A DNA stretch of 64,000 bases. Origin: Xylographa opegraphella. Lineage: Eukaryota. Positions within the stretch are counted from its first letter, which is position 1. Every line of letters starts with the position of its first letter. Position numbers and translations under genes: made by a program. The notes below the pieces were generated by a model. The model was not told the origin of the DNA and ran no database searches. It saw nothing but the letters and a program-made list of their open reading frames with translations. Location: contig JALDZX010000010.1 of NCBI GenBank assembly GCA_022813865.1, positions 124,001 to 188,000 of the forward strand, written 5' to 3'. Below are positions 13,360 through 25,835 of this stretch, one piece after another.

Positions 13360-15319
13360 TCACACCCGCTGCGGCAACCACCCGGACTTCACCACCCTCG
13401 CCACCAGCAACAACGTCGCGCCCAACAGTATGCTACAACCCGAAAACACCTGCGCGTAGAAATAACTTCCCCGGTCGCTCACGATGAGCGCGCCGCCGAT
13501 GGGCGCCCCGGTCAAGCAGGCCACGCCGATGACGACAAAGACCATGGCCATGCGGATGCCCGCCTTGGTCGCATCGGGCGCGAAGCTGAAGATGGTGGCG
13601 CTGTACAGGCTCTGCAAGCCGGCGGCGGAGAAGCCGTACAGGCAGGCGATCACGAGGAGGGAGTTGTGCGTCGTGGAGCCGATCCAGATGAAGATCTGCA
13701 TCGCGGCGAGGAAAGTAGCGGGCACGATGGTGTTGAGGGGCCCGATGCAGGCGTCGGAGATAAGTGCCGGGACGAAGCGGCCCGGGAGGTTGGCGGCGTT
13801 CATGGCGATGAGGAGGGAGGTGGCGTCCGAGGGGGAGAGGAGGAGTATGGCTTCGCCGAAGGTGGCGATCTGTGGATAGGCTGTTAGTAGGGGGATAATG
13901 GGCATAAGAGGGGACTGACATAGTAGAAACCGAAGTAGATGCCGAGGAAGGAGAAGAACATCCCTAGTCTGTTCAGTGGGTAGCCAGTAGGGAGTCGTCA
14001 GGCATGCTTACCAGCCATCATAAGCAGATACGGTATATCGTGAAAGGCGGACCAGTCCATTGTGATTTTCCCTCGCCTCTTGTGACCAGGTCGTTCGCGA
14101 GCAATAATGTTGGCGGGAATAAGGGTTAGGAAAACGACCAGCGCCATAACTATATTCAATTAGTAGCTGTCACCTCCTAATCACGGAAGATGAGACCCAC
14201 CCCTCACAGTCCATCTATAGCCAATCTTGAATATCAACTTTTCTGCGATAAGTGGGAAAAAGATACCGCCTAGTATAGTTAGGACGACTTGTTTCTTTCC
14301 TAAAAAGCCACCATAGATACCTGTGCTGGAGCCTGCGGCCGCAATACCGGTGGCTATACCTATGCGTTTGGAGAAGTAGCTCATGAGAATAATGACGCCA
14401 GATCCAAAAGCCAGCCCCATTCCTATTCCAGTCAGAAGTCCTTGTATCACCAAAAGCTGCCACCACTGTGTACAGAAGCTGGTCATCACCACGGACATGA
14501 CCAGTATGGCACTACCACCATTGAAGCAAAGCCGAAAGTATCCTTTGTCTAAAAGAGGACTGACGATGATACTCATGAAGAAGAGAAGGAAAATTTGAAA
14601 GGAGCCGATCCAAGCGATCTGAGCGGGCGAGTTGGCAGGAAGCATGACATTCTGATAGTATGCTTGGAAGATACCATAGGACTGTCTAAAATTAGAGCCC
14701 ATAACTAAGGAGCTACTATCAACTTACCATGTTCAATCCTCTCGAGTGGGAGTCAGTAAGCATTTTCTGATTGAGAGCTGAATACTTACTGGGCGTTAAA
14801 TACCACAAGATGACCAGCCACAGTATGTGCCCATGCCATGGCGCCCCCATTTGGCGGTTCCGTGTATTCATCTAAACCCTTCAGTGGTGTTTCTAAAACC
14901 TCCGAGGTATCGTCTTTGAGTCTTCCTAGCTCTTTATTCTGTTCTACAGACAGGAGTTCTGTGCCTATTTGAAATACTGAAGGCGTAATTGACAGGCGAG
15001 ATCTCCTCTTGTCAGTCCCCACAATACCTAGCTGGCCTGTGGCTTTTGTTTGGTTGCCCTGATACCAATTTATACTGTTACGAGATACCGAGTGCAATAC
15101 CTTCGGCCTGGATGCACGTATACTTGACGACTCAGTACGTATCTTAGACTTATTGCAGGCCGTGTCCGGAATGTCGAGACTTGACTGTGGATCATATTTT
15201 GGCACCGGGAACGGTCTATCGATAGCACCATTTAGATCAAATGACCCAAACGATGCACAAGATTCGACGTCTGCAAGATATGCCCCTTGCTTTATGAATG
15301 TTGACTTCCTGGTCGACAT
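13360..15319 (-). CDS. MFS monocarboxylate transporter (MCH-like) with long N-terminal tail
   Basis: Seven exons: 15319-14790, 14740-14728, 14681-14321, 14269-14201, 14149-14012, 13963-13920, 13869-13360. Motifs PPNGGAMAW, YGIFQAYY, IAWIGSFQ, YFSKRIGIATGIAAAGSSTGG, GIRMAM, TGAPIGGAL. Confidence 0.88.
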
Positions 15320-15874
15320 TATGCTTGTTAGTGTATGACTGTAGAGTATAGGATTATACAATTTCTACGGGGAGGAAGCGCATGCAAGGTATCATTTTCG
15401 GGACGACAGGTGAATAGACATACGCGTGAATCAACTTCCAAGGGCTATGGGTTGCCGAGACAGAACAGGGAAGCGCCGGCATTATTCACAGTCGGTGGTG
15501 GTCAGATGATGTCGTTGTTCCTATCTTGGAATCATTCATGGTATTGAGCAAGGCGAAGGATTGTCGACTCGAGCAATTACACAGCCCAACAGTGGAAGGC
15601 TTCTTCGACCTACACACAGTATATTGCCATTGACCAATGAAAGTGTCACTCTGATATGCATCCAGCAGACTTCGAGTAGACATGATAGCTCTACAGACCG
15701 AGTCAATGGCCCGTGTAGATGCGAGCCTTGTATTATGGGACAATTTTTGCTCTTTCTTTCAATGAGCTTGTCGAGACATGAATGATATATAATATTGGAG
15801 GCCACCATCAGTGTATTCTGGACTTGTCAAGGTCTTCAGGTTGCCTTTATTGTAATAAAGATGCAGAGAAGGAG

Positions 15875-15985
15875 AACGACGAAGCAAAAACGACGAAGCA
15901 AAAACGACGAAGCAAAAACGACGAAGCAAAAATGACGAAGCAAAAACGACGAAGCAAAAACGACGAAGCAAAAACGACGAAGCAA
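15875..15985 (+). repeat. 14-bp minisatellite (AACGACGAAGCAAA) x8
   Basis: Eight tandem copies, the last lacking one base. Copy 5 (15931-15944) has a single C>T (AATGACG). Confidence 0.95.
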
Positions 15986-16924
15986 GTTGGGACGACCGAA
16001 CATAAAGCAGGCTTGCTCGAGTTCTTGATATGAGACACAACGATGAAGGAGTAAGAGATAGATATCAAGAACAAACGTTGAAGGGCCAAGTAAACCTATT
16101 CTGGTTCATTATAGCTGAAGCCACTCTTCTACTGGCCAGAGTCGATTTGTATAACTACTGCTGAAAAGTCTCGGCTACTTACAAATCTAGGCTGTAGGAG
16201 ATAGATGCCATCATGATTTGATGCTCGCCATATATGACGAAACTCAGATAAAGAATCTCGATCAGTCGACTTCATTTTCGAACTTACGTGACCGGTGGGC
16301 CATTAGAGCTCCACTTACTTATACTTACACATAACACAGAGTCTTTGTTGCAGGAACTCGGGATATATCGCCAAAACACGTAATGGCATGCCTTGACGCC
16401 CGATTACGAAGCTGTGTATCAAGACGCCAGCGACTTCCGTGACAGGCGCTCCCACGACCCTCGTGCCGAGTCTCGAATATCCGTAGATATACCCGCTATC
16501 GCGTTTTCAATAATGTACCTTCCACTTGCGCGGGAGATGCAGATGCTCAATTGGCGCTGTTTCTGTTACTCCGGTTTTCACGAACTCTGTGGGACTGAAT
16601 ATCGCCAATGCAGTCGAAGGTATAATCCCTCACGTGCTTGGCGACTTCAGCTGGCTTGTGTGAAGGGAGTATATCGATGACTTATCGATCATGAATACGG
16701 TCGATGTGAACAATGGTGAAATTTAGGAGTTCTAGAAAACATGAGCGTCTAATAAATTATCTTAGGCGCTGACAACTTTGTCGTGCACAGACCCCCTGCG
16801 GTCACGTAGGATAGTGATATCATTTTGGTTGGGGGAGACTTGATACGGATCATATGGACACAATTTTACCTAATTGTAGTGTCTTTACTGTTCCTCTCAA
16901 GCCAGAGGTCTAAAGCGGTGAACA

Positions 16925-18104
16925 ATGATGAACGCTCTACTATTGATATCTCTATGCATTTACAACACCGTCGGCTTCACACTGATTGCTTTAACGATTT
17001 TCTTTGTTCTTGTTCCTCTATACAATGCTCGCTCTTTCCCCAGTACAGTCCACCACCAGCTTCTACGTAGGCTATGTATGCTCGCGGCCGTGAGTAGCTC
17101 CGTCGGATTGTCATCGCGATCTTTCTATTTGAAGTACTCCGTCGAGCAATTCCAGGCGAGGCCAAGCTCCGAGTCGACTGGTGCCTGGGCGTCCGGAACG
17201 CTGTTGACGGAGGTTGCCGCCCAGGTCTTTGGTGATGAGACAAGATACCTCTTGGGTCTCCAAGGATATCTAGCGCTTACTGCTTGGGCGGTGTATATGA
17301 ACACTGAAGGTAAGGCACTGGCCGACTGCTGTTAGAAAGGACGGTGTATTGATCAGAGAACTGTCAGGAGGCCGGCGGAGGATTCCACATCTATGGCTAT
17401 TCCTGCTCTTGACTCCGGTCGTGTCGTTTGCTCTTGCTCAGACGCTTTTTTATATTGCAGTCCTCCTTTCCGACCCCAAGGAGGACACGGAGGTGGATGT
17501 GGTTGAAGTGAAAAGCCGGGGCCGCGCAATGTCTCCTAGCATGACCATCCTCGCTCTGTCAGGCGCTTACCTGTCTGCTTTCGTCCTTCCATACGCCTAT
17601 GGCACAAGTGCTTTCCTTTGGGTTTTCCTCATCGCATATGCAATGCCGCTCGTGCTGACCTACATTCCACATCGACATGACGCTGTAGAGGCGCAATGGA
17701 GACTCGTTGCTATCACAAGCTTCGTACTCTACTCATATCAACTCGGTATTGCTTTGTTTTCGCATACTGTGGCAAAAGGACAGTGGTCCTCATCCGATCT
17801 TGTTTCCGCTTTGTACGATCTGCAATGGGCATGGACTGCTCATCCTGTCACTCGAGCTCTGGGTTACGATCTTTCCTTGAGCGCTGTAACTCTGGTCTAT
17901 TGGTCTTACATCCAAACAAGAGAGGCGCTGTCCACCGTTGTAGCTGCGGATTCGACAAAATGCTCGTCGCACAACAGGAAAGATCATATGAGAAATGAGC
18001 AAAGTTTGCCTGCTTATTCCGGATATAGATCAGCTGAGTTTGTTGCTTTGACTGTTGTCGTTGCTGGACTCGGAGCGGGTAGTGCCTCAGTATATCGAGC
18101 GTGA
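16925..18104 (+). CDS. Conserved fungal multi-pass membrane protein of unknown function
   Basis: Exons 16925-17309 and 17368-18104 (GTAAGG...CAG) join in frame as MNTEGGRRRIPHLWLFLLL. Many hydrophobic segments, plus HPVTRALGYDL and LGAGSASV motifs. Confidence 0.7.
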
Positions 18105-18402
18105 AGCTTCGTGCAGTAGTTTCTAAAATAGTTATTTTCTATATAAAGCAGAGCGACTTTGGCGGAACAGCAATCTTTTATCAACCACGACCGAGGCTAT
18201 GAGTCAGTAGCAAATTCTATAGCATGCACACAAAAGCTATCAATGGTGGTCATCGGAGACAAGGATCAGGAGGGAGGCTAAAACAAGCTCTTAAGCAGGC
18301 ACATGGCTCAAACACATTACATGGAGAGATATTTATCCGAATGGTTGATCTATCGTCTCAACTTACGGCATTATCGCAGTTCATCTTTCCCTTCCAACCT
18401 CG

Positions 18403-19293
18403 TTACACGGCCGCAGTCGGCTCTCCTTGAGGCTCTCGTAGCAATTTTATCGTGAACTCCAGGGTCAATTGGCCTACCGGGAGCCGCATGGGACGACGCC
18501 AGAAATGCGTGCGATACAACGCAACACAGCGTATCACAAACAGTGCTAGAAAACAAACCCTATACCAGTACAGGAGCTATTAGCATGTATCACGGCACGC
18601 CTCACCCATGGCACCAAAAAGCTTCGCAGAATATCTCTTACCCAGTCGACAGCGCGGTCCCGAGTGCCAGCGCCGCAAAGACCCTTATTGGCAATCCCTG
18701 CTTCATACATGCTGGACGGTCATCTTCAGGCCAAGGACACATGTTGTAAGGATAGCCAAACGCAAGAAGTCCTTGCAAGCTGAAGTCGACGATATTGAAA
18801 CTTATAATAATATCGAAAAGAAGATTGATGATGAGGGGCGCTGAGATGCGGTTTGAACGTTGGCGAGCGATGTTAAATGAGGAGATACAGATCGAAATAA
18901 TAGACTGATGAGCAGAATCGTACAGTTAGCACGTTTGAAGCACACAGTGTAGATGACAAGTACCCAGAAGGTGAGCGCAGGGAAGGCATCCGAAACCAGG
19001 TATGGCAGATAGTGTCTTGCCGGAACAAATTGGCATATGAGGACAGTCACGCCCATAAACACGAGCGTTGCAGCGGAGAATGTCAGTGTGAGTATGGTAA
19101 GCGTTTTAACCGCCGTAGATGCAAAGGCAAAATTCGCAGGCGTGGTCTGGCCCGTGGATGTGCTAGTCGCCAATAGCGGAGTGTTTCCATCGTCTGCTGT
19201 CGCTGCTGTTGACGTGGTGATCAGGGGAGTGGTCTCGTCGGCGGGGCGGGGAGCTGGGGACGCGGTCTCCCGCGCCGGGGAGAGTTCTGCCAT
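18403..19293 (-). CDS. Hypothetical membrane protein with ~4 TM segments
   Basis: Exons 19293-18964, 18904-~18642 and ~18560-18403, with canonical GTACTT/GTAAGA donors and CTAAC/CTAAT branch sites. N-terminal DETTPLI sorting-like motif; C-terminal LPVGQLTLEFTIKLLRE. Confidence 0.7.
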
Positions 19294-19340
19294 AATGCTG
19301 AAGATGTGGAGCAGAGGTCACACATGGTGGGAGCAGAAGT

Positions 19341-20560
19341 TCATATCATATTGCATTGTGGCTGGTTGAGGCACTGCGGCTTGTGCAAAGCCGCTAACTG
19401 TGAAACAGGTTTGAGGTTGTTGATCAGCCTTGCTGCGGCTAGAATGTCGGAGCTGAATCCTTTAGTGGAACTTGTCATCCTCCGTACCTCATCAAAGCTG
19501 CTTTGGAATTTGGTGGTATGTCCCCGATAAGTTTTGACAGGTTGAGGTAGTCGAGCCTCTGCAGAAGCAGTGTATGAATGTGACAGAAGAACCGTATCGA
19601 TAAGCGGAAGTCGCAATTGAACATGTACGGCACATGTTGCTGCTCCCTCTGTCGCCAATATTGACGAAAGAGAAATCAAAATAAATCCTGCTGATTACGC
19701 GCTGAATGGGTCTGGGGAGAACGCGACTTGAAAGTCGAAGCAAATATCACAACCGCGTGACCAAGGCGAGGCTTAGGATACGGGATGCGGACGGAATCAC
19801 ATAGGTGGTTCCTTAACTAATCTGCACGAGCTGCATGATCGCCTGTGTGAAGATGGCAGACCCGGGAGAAGGTGCCCAAAGGCTCTGTGTTTCTGGCAGT
19901 GCCGCTGAAGGGCTTTGACGTCGCGACGTTGAGAAGAAATCCACTAATCTGTTTACAGAATAGAACTCGGTAGGATACGGCAAGCGCGCAATCCCGTCGT
20001 AATCCTTCCACTTCACCAATAATCCTTCACCGGCAATCGCCGCCTGGTCTTCGAATGCTACGAGAGTTCACCATGCATGGTAATGTCTCAGCTCTCCTCA
20101 CCATACGCTACGCTAGCCGTTCCATGCTCCGATTCCTTCAGGTACTTCCCAATGGATGGTCGGATAATCTGAGAACGGGAAATCTGGATGAAACTCGCAC
20201 CCTCGGTCTCCAGCGACGTTGAGGGTCAGCTCGTTCAGGTTTGCTGAGATGCACAGGATAATATGTATCCCGTTCTCCAGAAACTCCTCGTCTGAAGAAA
20301 AGAAGCGCATGAGTGGCTAAGGAAGGGCACAGCCAAATAGAAGGCATGGATTGTTGTTCGAATTCGTCTGGGACTTAGGACGAAATAGTTGGCTTCGTCG
20401 GCAATCTTGCAGCAAAAGCTCAAATATGAAGAGGTTGCCTACTCGATATTGGCGACTATATACGACATAGCATGGACTTCTATGGTCGCAAAGGAGCCGG
20501 ATATCGGCTGTATCTCGTTGCAAGTACGTACGATATCATATTTCTTGACTTCTAGAAATG
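19341..20560 (-). pseudogene. Possible decayed gene (coding-like fragments broken by stops and frameshifts)
   Basis: Protein-like fragments RFFSSDEEFLENGIHIILCISANLNELTLNV...WNG* and LLVKWKDYDGIARLPYPTEFYSVNRLVDFF in different frames; no continuous spliced ORF could be built. Confidence 0.3.
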
Positions 20561-20877
20561 TATCCATAGTTCCTATGATTATCAAAATTCGTGACATTTG
20601 CCAAGCAATGTAAACTTTCTTTACACATGTAAAATTTGACGGCCACAGAAATATTTAAGTTGTCTTCCGGTACTTTTTGCTGCCTGATCAGTCTCTCATA
20701 AATCCCAAAAAGGAAGGCGCCTTACCAATTCCAGATGGCTTGTAATTCTCGTACATCCTATCCCAGCTTTCATATCGCCCAGTGCAATACTAGATCGATG
20801 GCATCGCCTTCTGTTTCTCTGGAGGTAACGAAGATAGGAAGGAAGTGGGCATCAACAAAGTCACTGCTCGGAGACGA

Positions 20878-22207
20878 ATGGCAGGAAATTTGGATGTTCA
20901 GGATGTGCTCGAACCTCCAACTCCAAGCCGTTCCTACGACCAGCACAAGCTTCGAGAAGGCCTTAAATATGCCGATATTGCTCTAAGAAATACCCACGGA
21001 AAGCTGTCACCGATAGGCATCCACGCCTTGAAGATATATAAAGATGCTTGCGCAAGAATGTTGGACCTGGAGCTGCAAATCGCAGAACTCGAAGAAGGCG
21101 AGATGCCGGAAGAAGATGAAAAGATATTCAAGCTCTGGAGGTTGGCTGGGCTGCAACTATTCGCACCTGTGAGGACTCAATTCAGTATTATGCCTGCCTG
21201 CATTCTATTATAGCACTTCATCGGCCCAAGAGTTGCTGCAAACAACTGTCCATGCAAGGTACGGGGATATGTTCGCAGAGACATGTAGAGTCTTGACAAC
21301 TACCGTAGAAGTTCAAAAGATCGAGGGTTGGCAATCTTTGTCTAACACATACTGGACTGAGATCAGCCAAAGACTTACGGCAGAAGTTGATGCCTACATC
21401 AAGCTACTCAGGACGGGCAAAGACCATGACCGATGTGCGTTGCACATAAACATGCAAGAAGCGTGTGTTTCTGTCGGTTTCAACCTGTACGACATGTTAG
21501 CTATCGTCAAGCTATATGCGACCCGAAACGAGTTGATGCATGCGAATCCTTATCACTCATCAAGCAAGGCAAGCCTATGATATTGGCAAGAGGTTACATG
21601 ACGATTTCTGCGACCTTCCGAATATTGTACCAGCGTCACAAGTAGCAGAACTTCAGCTTATGCAACAGCTTATTGACGCCATCATAAACCTGTGGATCGA
21701 GAAGAAAGGAGAAGAAGACAACGTAGAACGATGGGCACCAACGGAAATTCTGGAGGGCCTTATGGATGGATTCTCGATGGAAAACGTTGCGGAAGAGACA
21801 GTCAAACGGAAGACGGCTACGGGAGAAGTAGTCAAGGCTTTAAGAAAGCGCTTGCGGGATCAGGAACCATCGAAAGGCCTGGGAGAGACTTTTGATCAGG
21901 GTTTGGCATCCTGACTGGAGAGTTGCATAAAAAACGTGTGGCCTGGGTGCAGTTGAAGGAGGAAACAGAAATGGCTGAAGACCAAAGAGAACAATGGGAC
22001 AAGGTTGTTAGCCTGATGGAAAATACTCGCAAGATGAGAGATAGTTGTGTTTCAGAATGGGGCCAGGAACAGGTGAATTCTCCTTCGCAGGTGGTACCCG
22101 ATCCAAGACTGGATGAAGAGAGGTTGATCTCTGTTACTGGGGTATTCTCTATTAGCTTCATTCCATTCTCCGGGGCTTGGCACTGGGGGTCACAGCAAGG
22201 CAGTTGA
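20878..22207 (+). pseudogene. Frameshifted helical hypothetical protein gene
   Basis: ATG 20878 and a putative intron 21141-21213 lead into a coherent protein-like sequence. It continues only via apparent frameshifts near 21548, 21572 and 21900 (YATRNELMHAN / SLIKQGK / YDIGKRLHDDFCDLPNIVP / FGILTGELHKKRV). Confidence 0.55.
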
Positions 22208-22510
22208 GAAATGACCCTCTACACAGGAATCACTATAACACATTTCCATTACACACTGAGGAGAGGAAATCTAACTTCCATTAACATTAAAGTATTAGGG
22301 ACGTGATTGAACAGACGTCAGCACGGTGGGAGGGTCGACTCATACACAATGAAGACATGTGAGGAAAAGAAGAATAAGTGTTTATATATGTTAATTAGAC
22401 ATAATCTGTCAGCATTAGCAGAAGGCGGTCACATCGGGTGGCTTGGATCAAACTGTTAACCTACCCTCAAACCTCACTCGACGTCGCCACACCCTCCTCA
22501 AACCCCTCCG

Positions 22511-22521
22511 GGTTCGAATCC
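22511..22521 (+). promoter_or_regulatory. Pol III B-box consensus (GGTTCGAATCC) in a T-arm-like hairpin
   Basis: CGGG-TTCGAAT-CCCG at 22509-22523; no foldable cloverleaf around it. Confidence 0.4.
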
Positions 22522-22775
22522 CGCCCTCCTCCGAATTTCCGATTTTCGCACAAAAATTGCAAACCACCTCAAAAAAGAGGTTGTTTCATAAGATGCCTCC
22601 CAGCATCTGAACTTTTTTGCCTTTTTTGGCATGGCGCACAGATTATGTAACATTACCTTAGTCCTAGAATAGTCCTATCCTAATCGGCTTAGCGTCGGAA
22701 CACTTCAAGCTCTTCGGAGACGATTCTCTGCGCAGTATACATGAGTGGTAGGTACATGCACATTTGCGCTCCACC

Positions 22776-23987
22776 ATGGCGTCCACAATGCATACCCTGC
22801 GGCTTACAGCTCAACGGAGCACATGTCGCATCACCCCTCGGTCCAGAAACCGCCTCTTCCAACCCGCCCTCACCTGTCCCTTCTCCACCACCACCCGCCG
22901 CAATGCTCCTGACAGCCCAGCTCCCTACTCCTTCCGGGACTCTCTCGACAGTTCCAATCGCGCCTTCTACGACTCCCTCTCGCCCGAAGATCGTATACAG
23001 TATGAGCAAGATGCAATCAAGCTGGACGAATACATGACCTCCCCAGCCGTGGAAGCGCGTCTCAATGCCGAAGTATCGGAAGCAGCGTACGAGGTCTTAT
23101 CCCGGACGCCTCGAGAGAGACCGTTTCCGGGGTCTAACGAGAGATTCAAGTCTGGGCTCATGGCGATGGGGGAGATCAATGAGATGGATTCCGGCGAGGA
23201 CGAGGTGTTTGAAGGCGACGACATGAGCAGTATAGCGCACGGGGAGCTGGAGCAGCACAGAGAGCTGAGGGCGTACGCGCGGATCGCGGCGTGGGAGATG
23301 CCGTTGCTGAGTAGTATGTGACTCTTTTCCATGGTGCTCTGGGCTCTGGGCCTTTTGTTGTCTGTGGGCTAATTGTTGCATCCTGTTTCAGAGCTTGCCA
23401 AACCTTTCGAACCCCCCACAACCACCCCTCTTCGATTCCGCTACACCGACTATTTCGGCGAAACTCACCCCGCCAGGTTCAAAATCGTCTGCGAGTTCTC
23501 CCCGATGGACCTCCCCCTCACCCCAGCCCAGCGCCTGACGCTCATCAAGCTTGTCGGCGTGCGCTACGACCCGCAGCGTGACCTCGTTCGCATGTCCTGC
23601 GAGATGTTCGAGACGCAAGCGCAGAACAAACGGTACCTGGGGGACCTGGTGGACACACTGATCAAGGAGGCCAAGGAGGGCGAGGCGTTTGAGGACGTGC
23701 CCGTGGACTTTCGGCATGTGAAGTGGCAGGATCGGAAGGAGTTTCCCGAGGGGTGGAAGCTGAGTGGAGGGAAGAGGGAGGCGCTGGAGGAGAGGAGGCG
23801 GGAGAGGGAGAGGAAGGAGCAGGAGAGGGTAGCGAGGGGCCAGATCGTGGATGGGGTGAGAGTCATCGAGGCTGCGATGAAAGCGGCGAGAGCGGAGGAG
23901 AGGGTGGAGATCCCGATAGGAAAGCGGCTACTGGGCGGGAAAGAGAAGGGGCCGATGGCGAAGGGAAGGCAAAGGCTTGTGAGATAG
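22776..23987 (+). CDS. RSM24: Mitochondrial small ribosomal subunit protein mS35/Rsm24
   Basis: Exons 22776-23313 and 23392-23987. Arg/Ser-rich presequence; motifs DDMSSIAHGELEQHRELRAYARIAAWEMPLL, PLRFRYTDYFGETHP, LIKLVGVRYDP, QNKRYLGDLV, FEDVPVDFRH. Confidence 0.92.
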
Positions 23988-24437
23988 AGGTAGCTAAGCA
24001 TATTGCATACACCCCTGTTTCCTCCATGCATTGATCGTCTTATTTGCCACGTGGAAAACGTTTGCAATGGACCCCAGGCTTCAGTCCCGGTGACAGCTCT
24101 GACGGATATTCCGATTATCATGAGGGTGCCGCTTTAGGAGAGCTGCATCTCCCACCAACCCTGCTGAGACGTGAAGCGGCCGGGCTGACGTTGCGATTTC
24201 CTCTTCGTGAACGCGAGGAGCCCTGATAGAAAATCGACAGTGTTGCGACACGAAGTCGCGTCATGGTAAGCAGAACATGGCAACGGGAGTTTGGTAAGGG
24301 AGGCAGGTACCTAGGCAACCTTGCCCATACCAGCGCTGATCACCTAGCCACAAACTCACACACGAGTCAGTATTCCCTGCCCGTCTCCCCATCCAGCATT
24401 CCCCCACATCTATATACATGCGCCCTCCACCGCACTC

Positions 24438-25835
24438 TCACACGCCCCCCATCTCCACCTCCCCCTCCTTCCGCGCCTCCCCTTCCGTATAGCATTCATC
24501 TCCGGCCTCGAACCCCTTCTCCAGAACGCCGATCAGATCGTCCAGCTGCTCGATACACACATCGGTGTGCTCATGCGTCTTCAAGTGCTCGTTCACTTCG
24601 TTGACCAAGAGCACCGTCGCTGCGCCCGCGCGGTGACCGGCGGTCATGTCGTCGATGGAGTCGCCGACCTTGGATGCTGTGTTAGTATGTATATCCCACG
24701 GCAATTGAATTCTAACAAGGGTTGTAGAAGCGGGCAGGTACCATGATCAGCCCCTTTCCACCATCCTCCAAGCCCCATTTGCTTGCGATGTGTAGTATCC
24801 CCGCCGGGTGAGGTTTCGGGGGGCGGAAATCCCGGGTTATGATCGGCGCGAAGACGTGTCCTGGGAGGAAGGTCGAGAGGAGGTGCATGACCGGGAGGCT
24901 ATGGGCCTGTTAACCTGTGAGCCGGACCTTCGGGTTCTGTAATATCCCGGCGTCTTTGAGGCCAGCGCGTGGGGTTCGCCAGAAGACGACTGTGAATAAC
25001 CATATAGGAGTACGTACTCGAAATTGCGTGTACAGATTCCCTTGCGTATACCTCTTTTCTCGAGGTATTGCATCAGCTCTACGAGGCCCGGCTGAGGTTT
25101 CTGCGCCGCCATGGCGGTGCGCTCGATGGCGCGGATGGATTCCATTGCAGTGTCTTGGACGGATGAGGGGAGGCTGTAGATGTGCTCGAGGATGTCGGTG
25201 GAGCGGGGAATAGAGAGCGCGGCTCTAACACAGAGGGTCTCAGTGAGTGGTAGAGCACAGAAGAGGAGAGAATGGGCGGGCACGAGAGGATTGATCATTC
25301 AAGGACAAGATGGAAATGGTGTTCGTGCGTACCGCATCTCGGCGAACATGTAGTTCTGAGGCTCGCTGAATGGGCGGGCAATCGATTAGAAAGATTATTC
25401 CGTGTAACACCACTCTACTTGAGTATGCTAGGGGAGTGCGGGATCAAGTCAAACATGTGAGGTATACAGTGTTCTTCGATTCTGCCTGTACATCGAAACA
25501 TTGTTTGTCGAGATCGGAGGAAGCCTCAAATAAGAACGACAGTTCATGCAAACAATACTGAACGACAATAACTCAAAATGTAAATATGAACGACAACAAC
25601 AACTTATAACAGTGATCTCCAGAACAAGTACGGACCATAATGTACCATCAACATCAAACACAATGCCCCTCAACCTCGGAGCATCTGATCTCTCGTTCAG
25701 CTGCGGATCTAGTGGCGCGAATCGCCTTTGACGCTGCCTTGGGATCTGAGCCATTGAAGAGTATTGAGATAGATTGTTTCTAGAGAACTGCCTAGGAGAG
25801 CAGAGAAGAAGCTGTCGGGGCAGAGGAATGCCCAT
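24438..25835 (-). CDS. HAD-superfamily hydrolase (YOR131C-like)
   Basis: Exons 25835(or 25754)-25636, 25365-25333, 25224-25018, 24898-24742, 24668-24438. Motif I FDVDGTL, CTRN, PPKPHPAGI, motif IV MVGDSIDD. Confidence 0.88.

Noticed and set aside
15759..16089. ORFs with repeated RRSKNDEAKTTKQK / FCFVVFASSFLLRR peptides
   Set aside because: These are translation artefacts of the 14-bp minisatellite.
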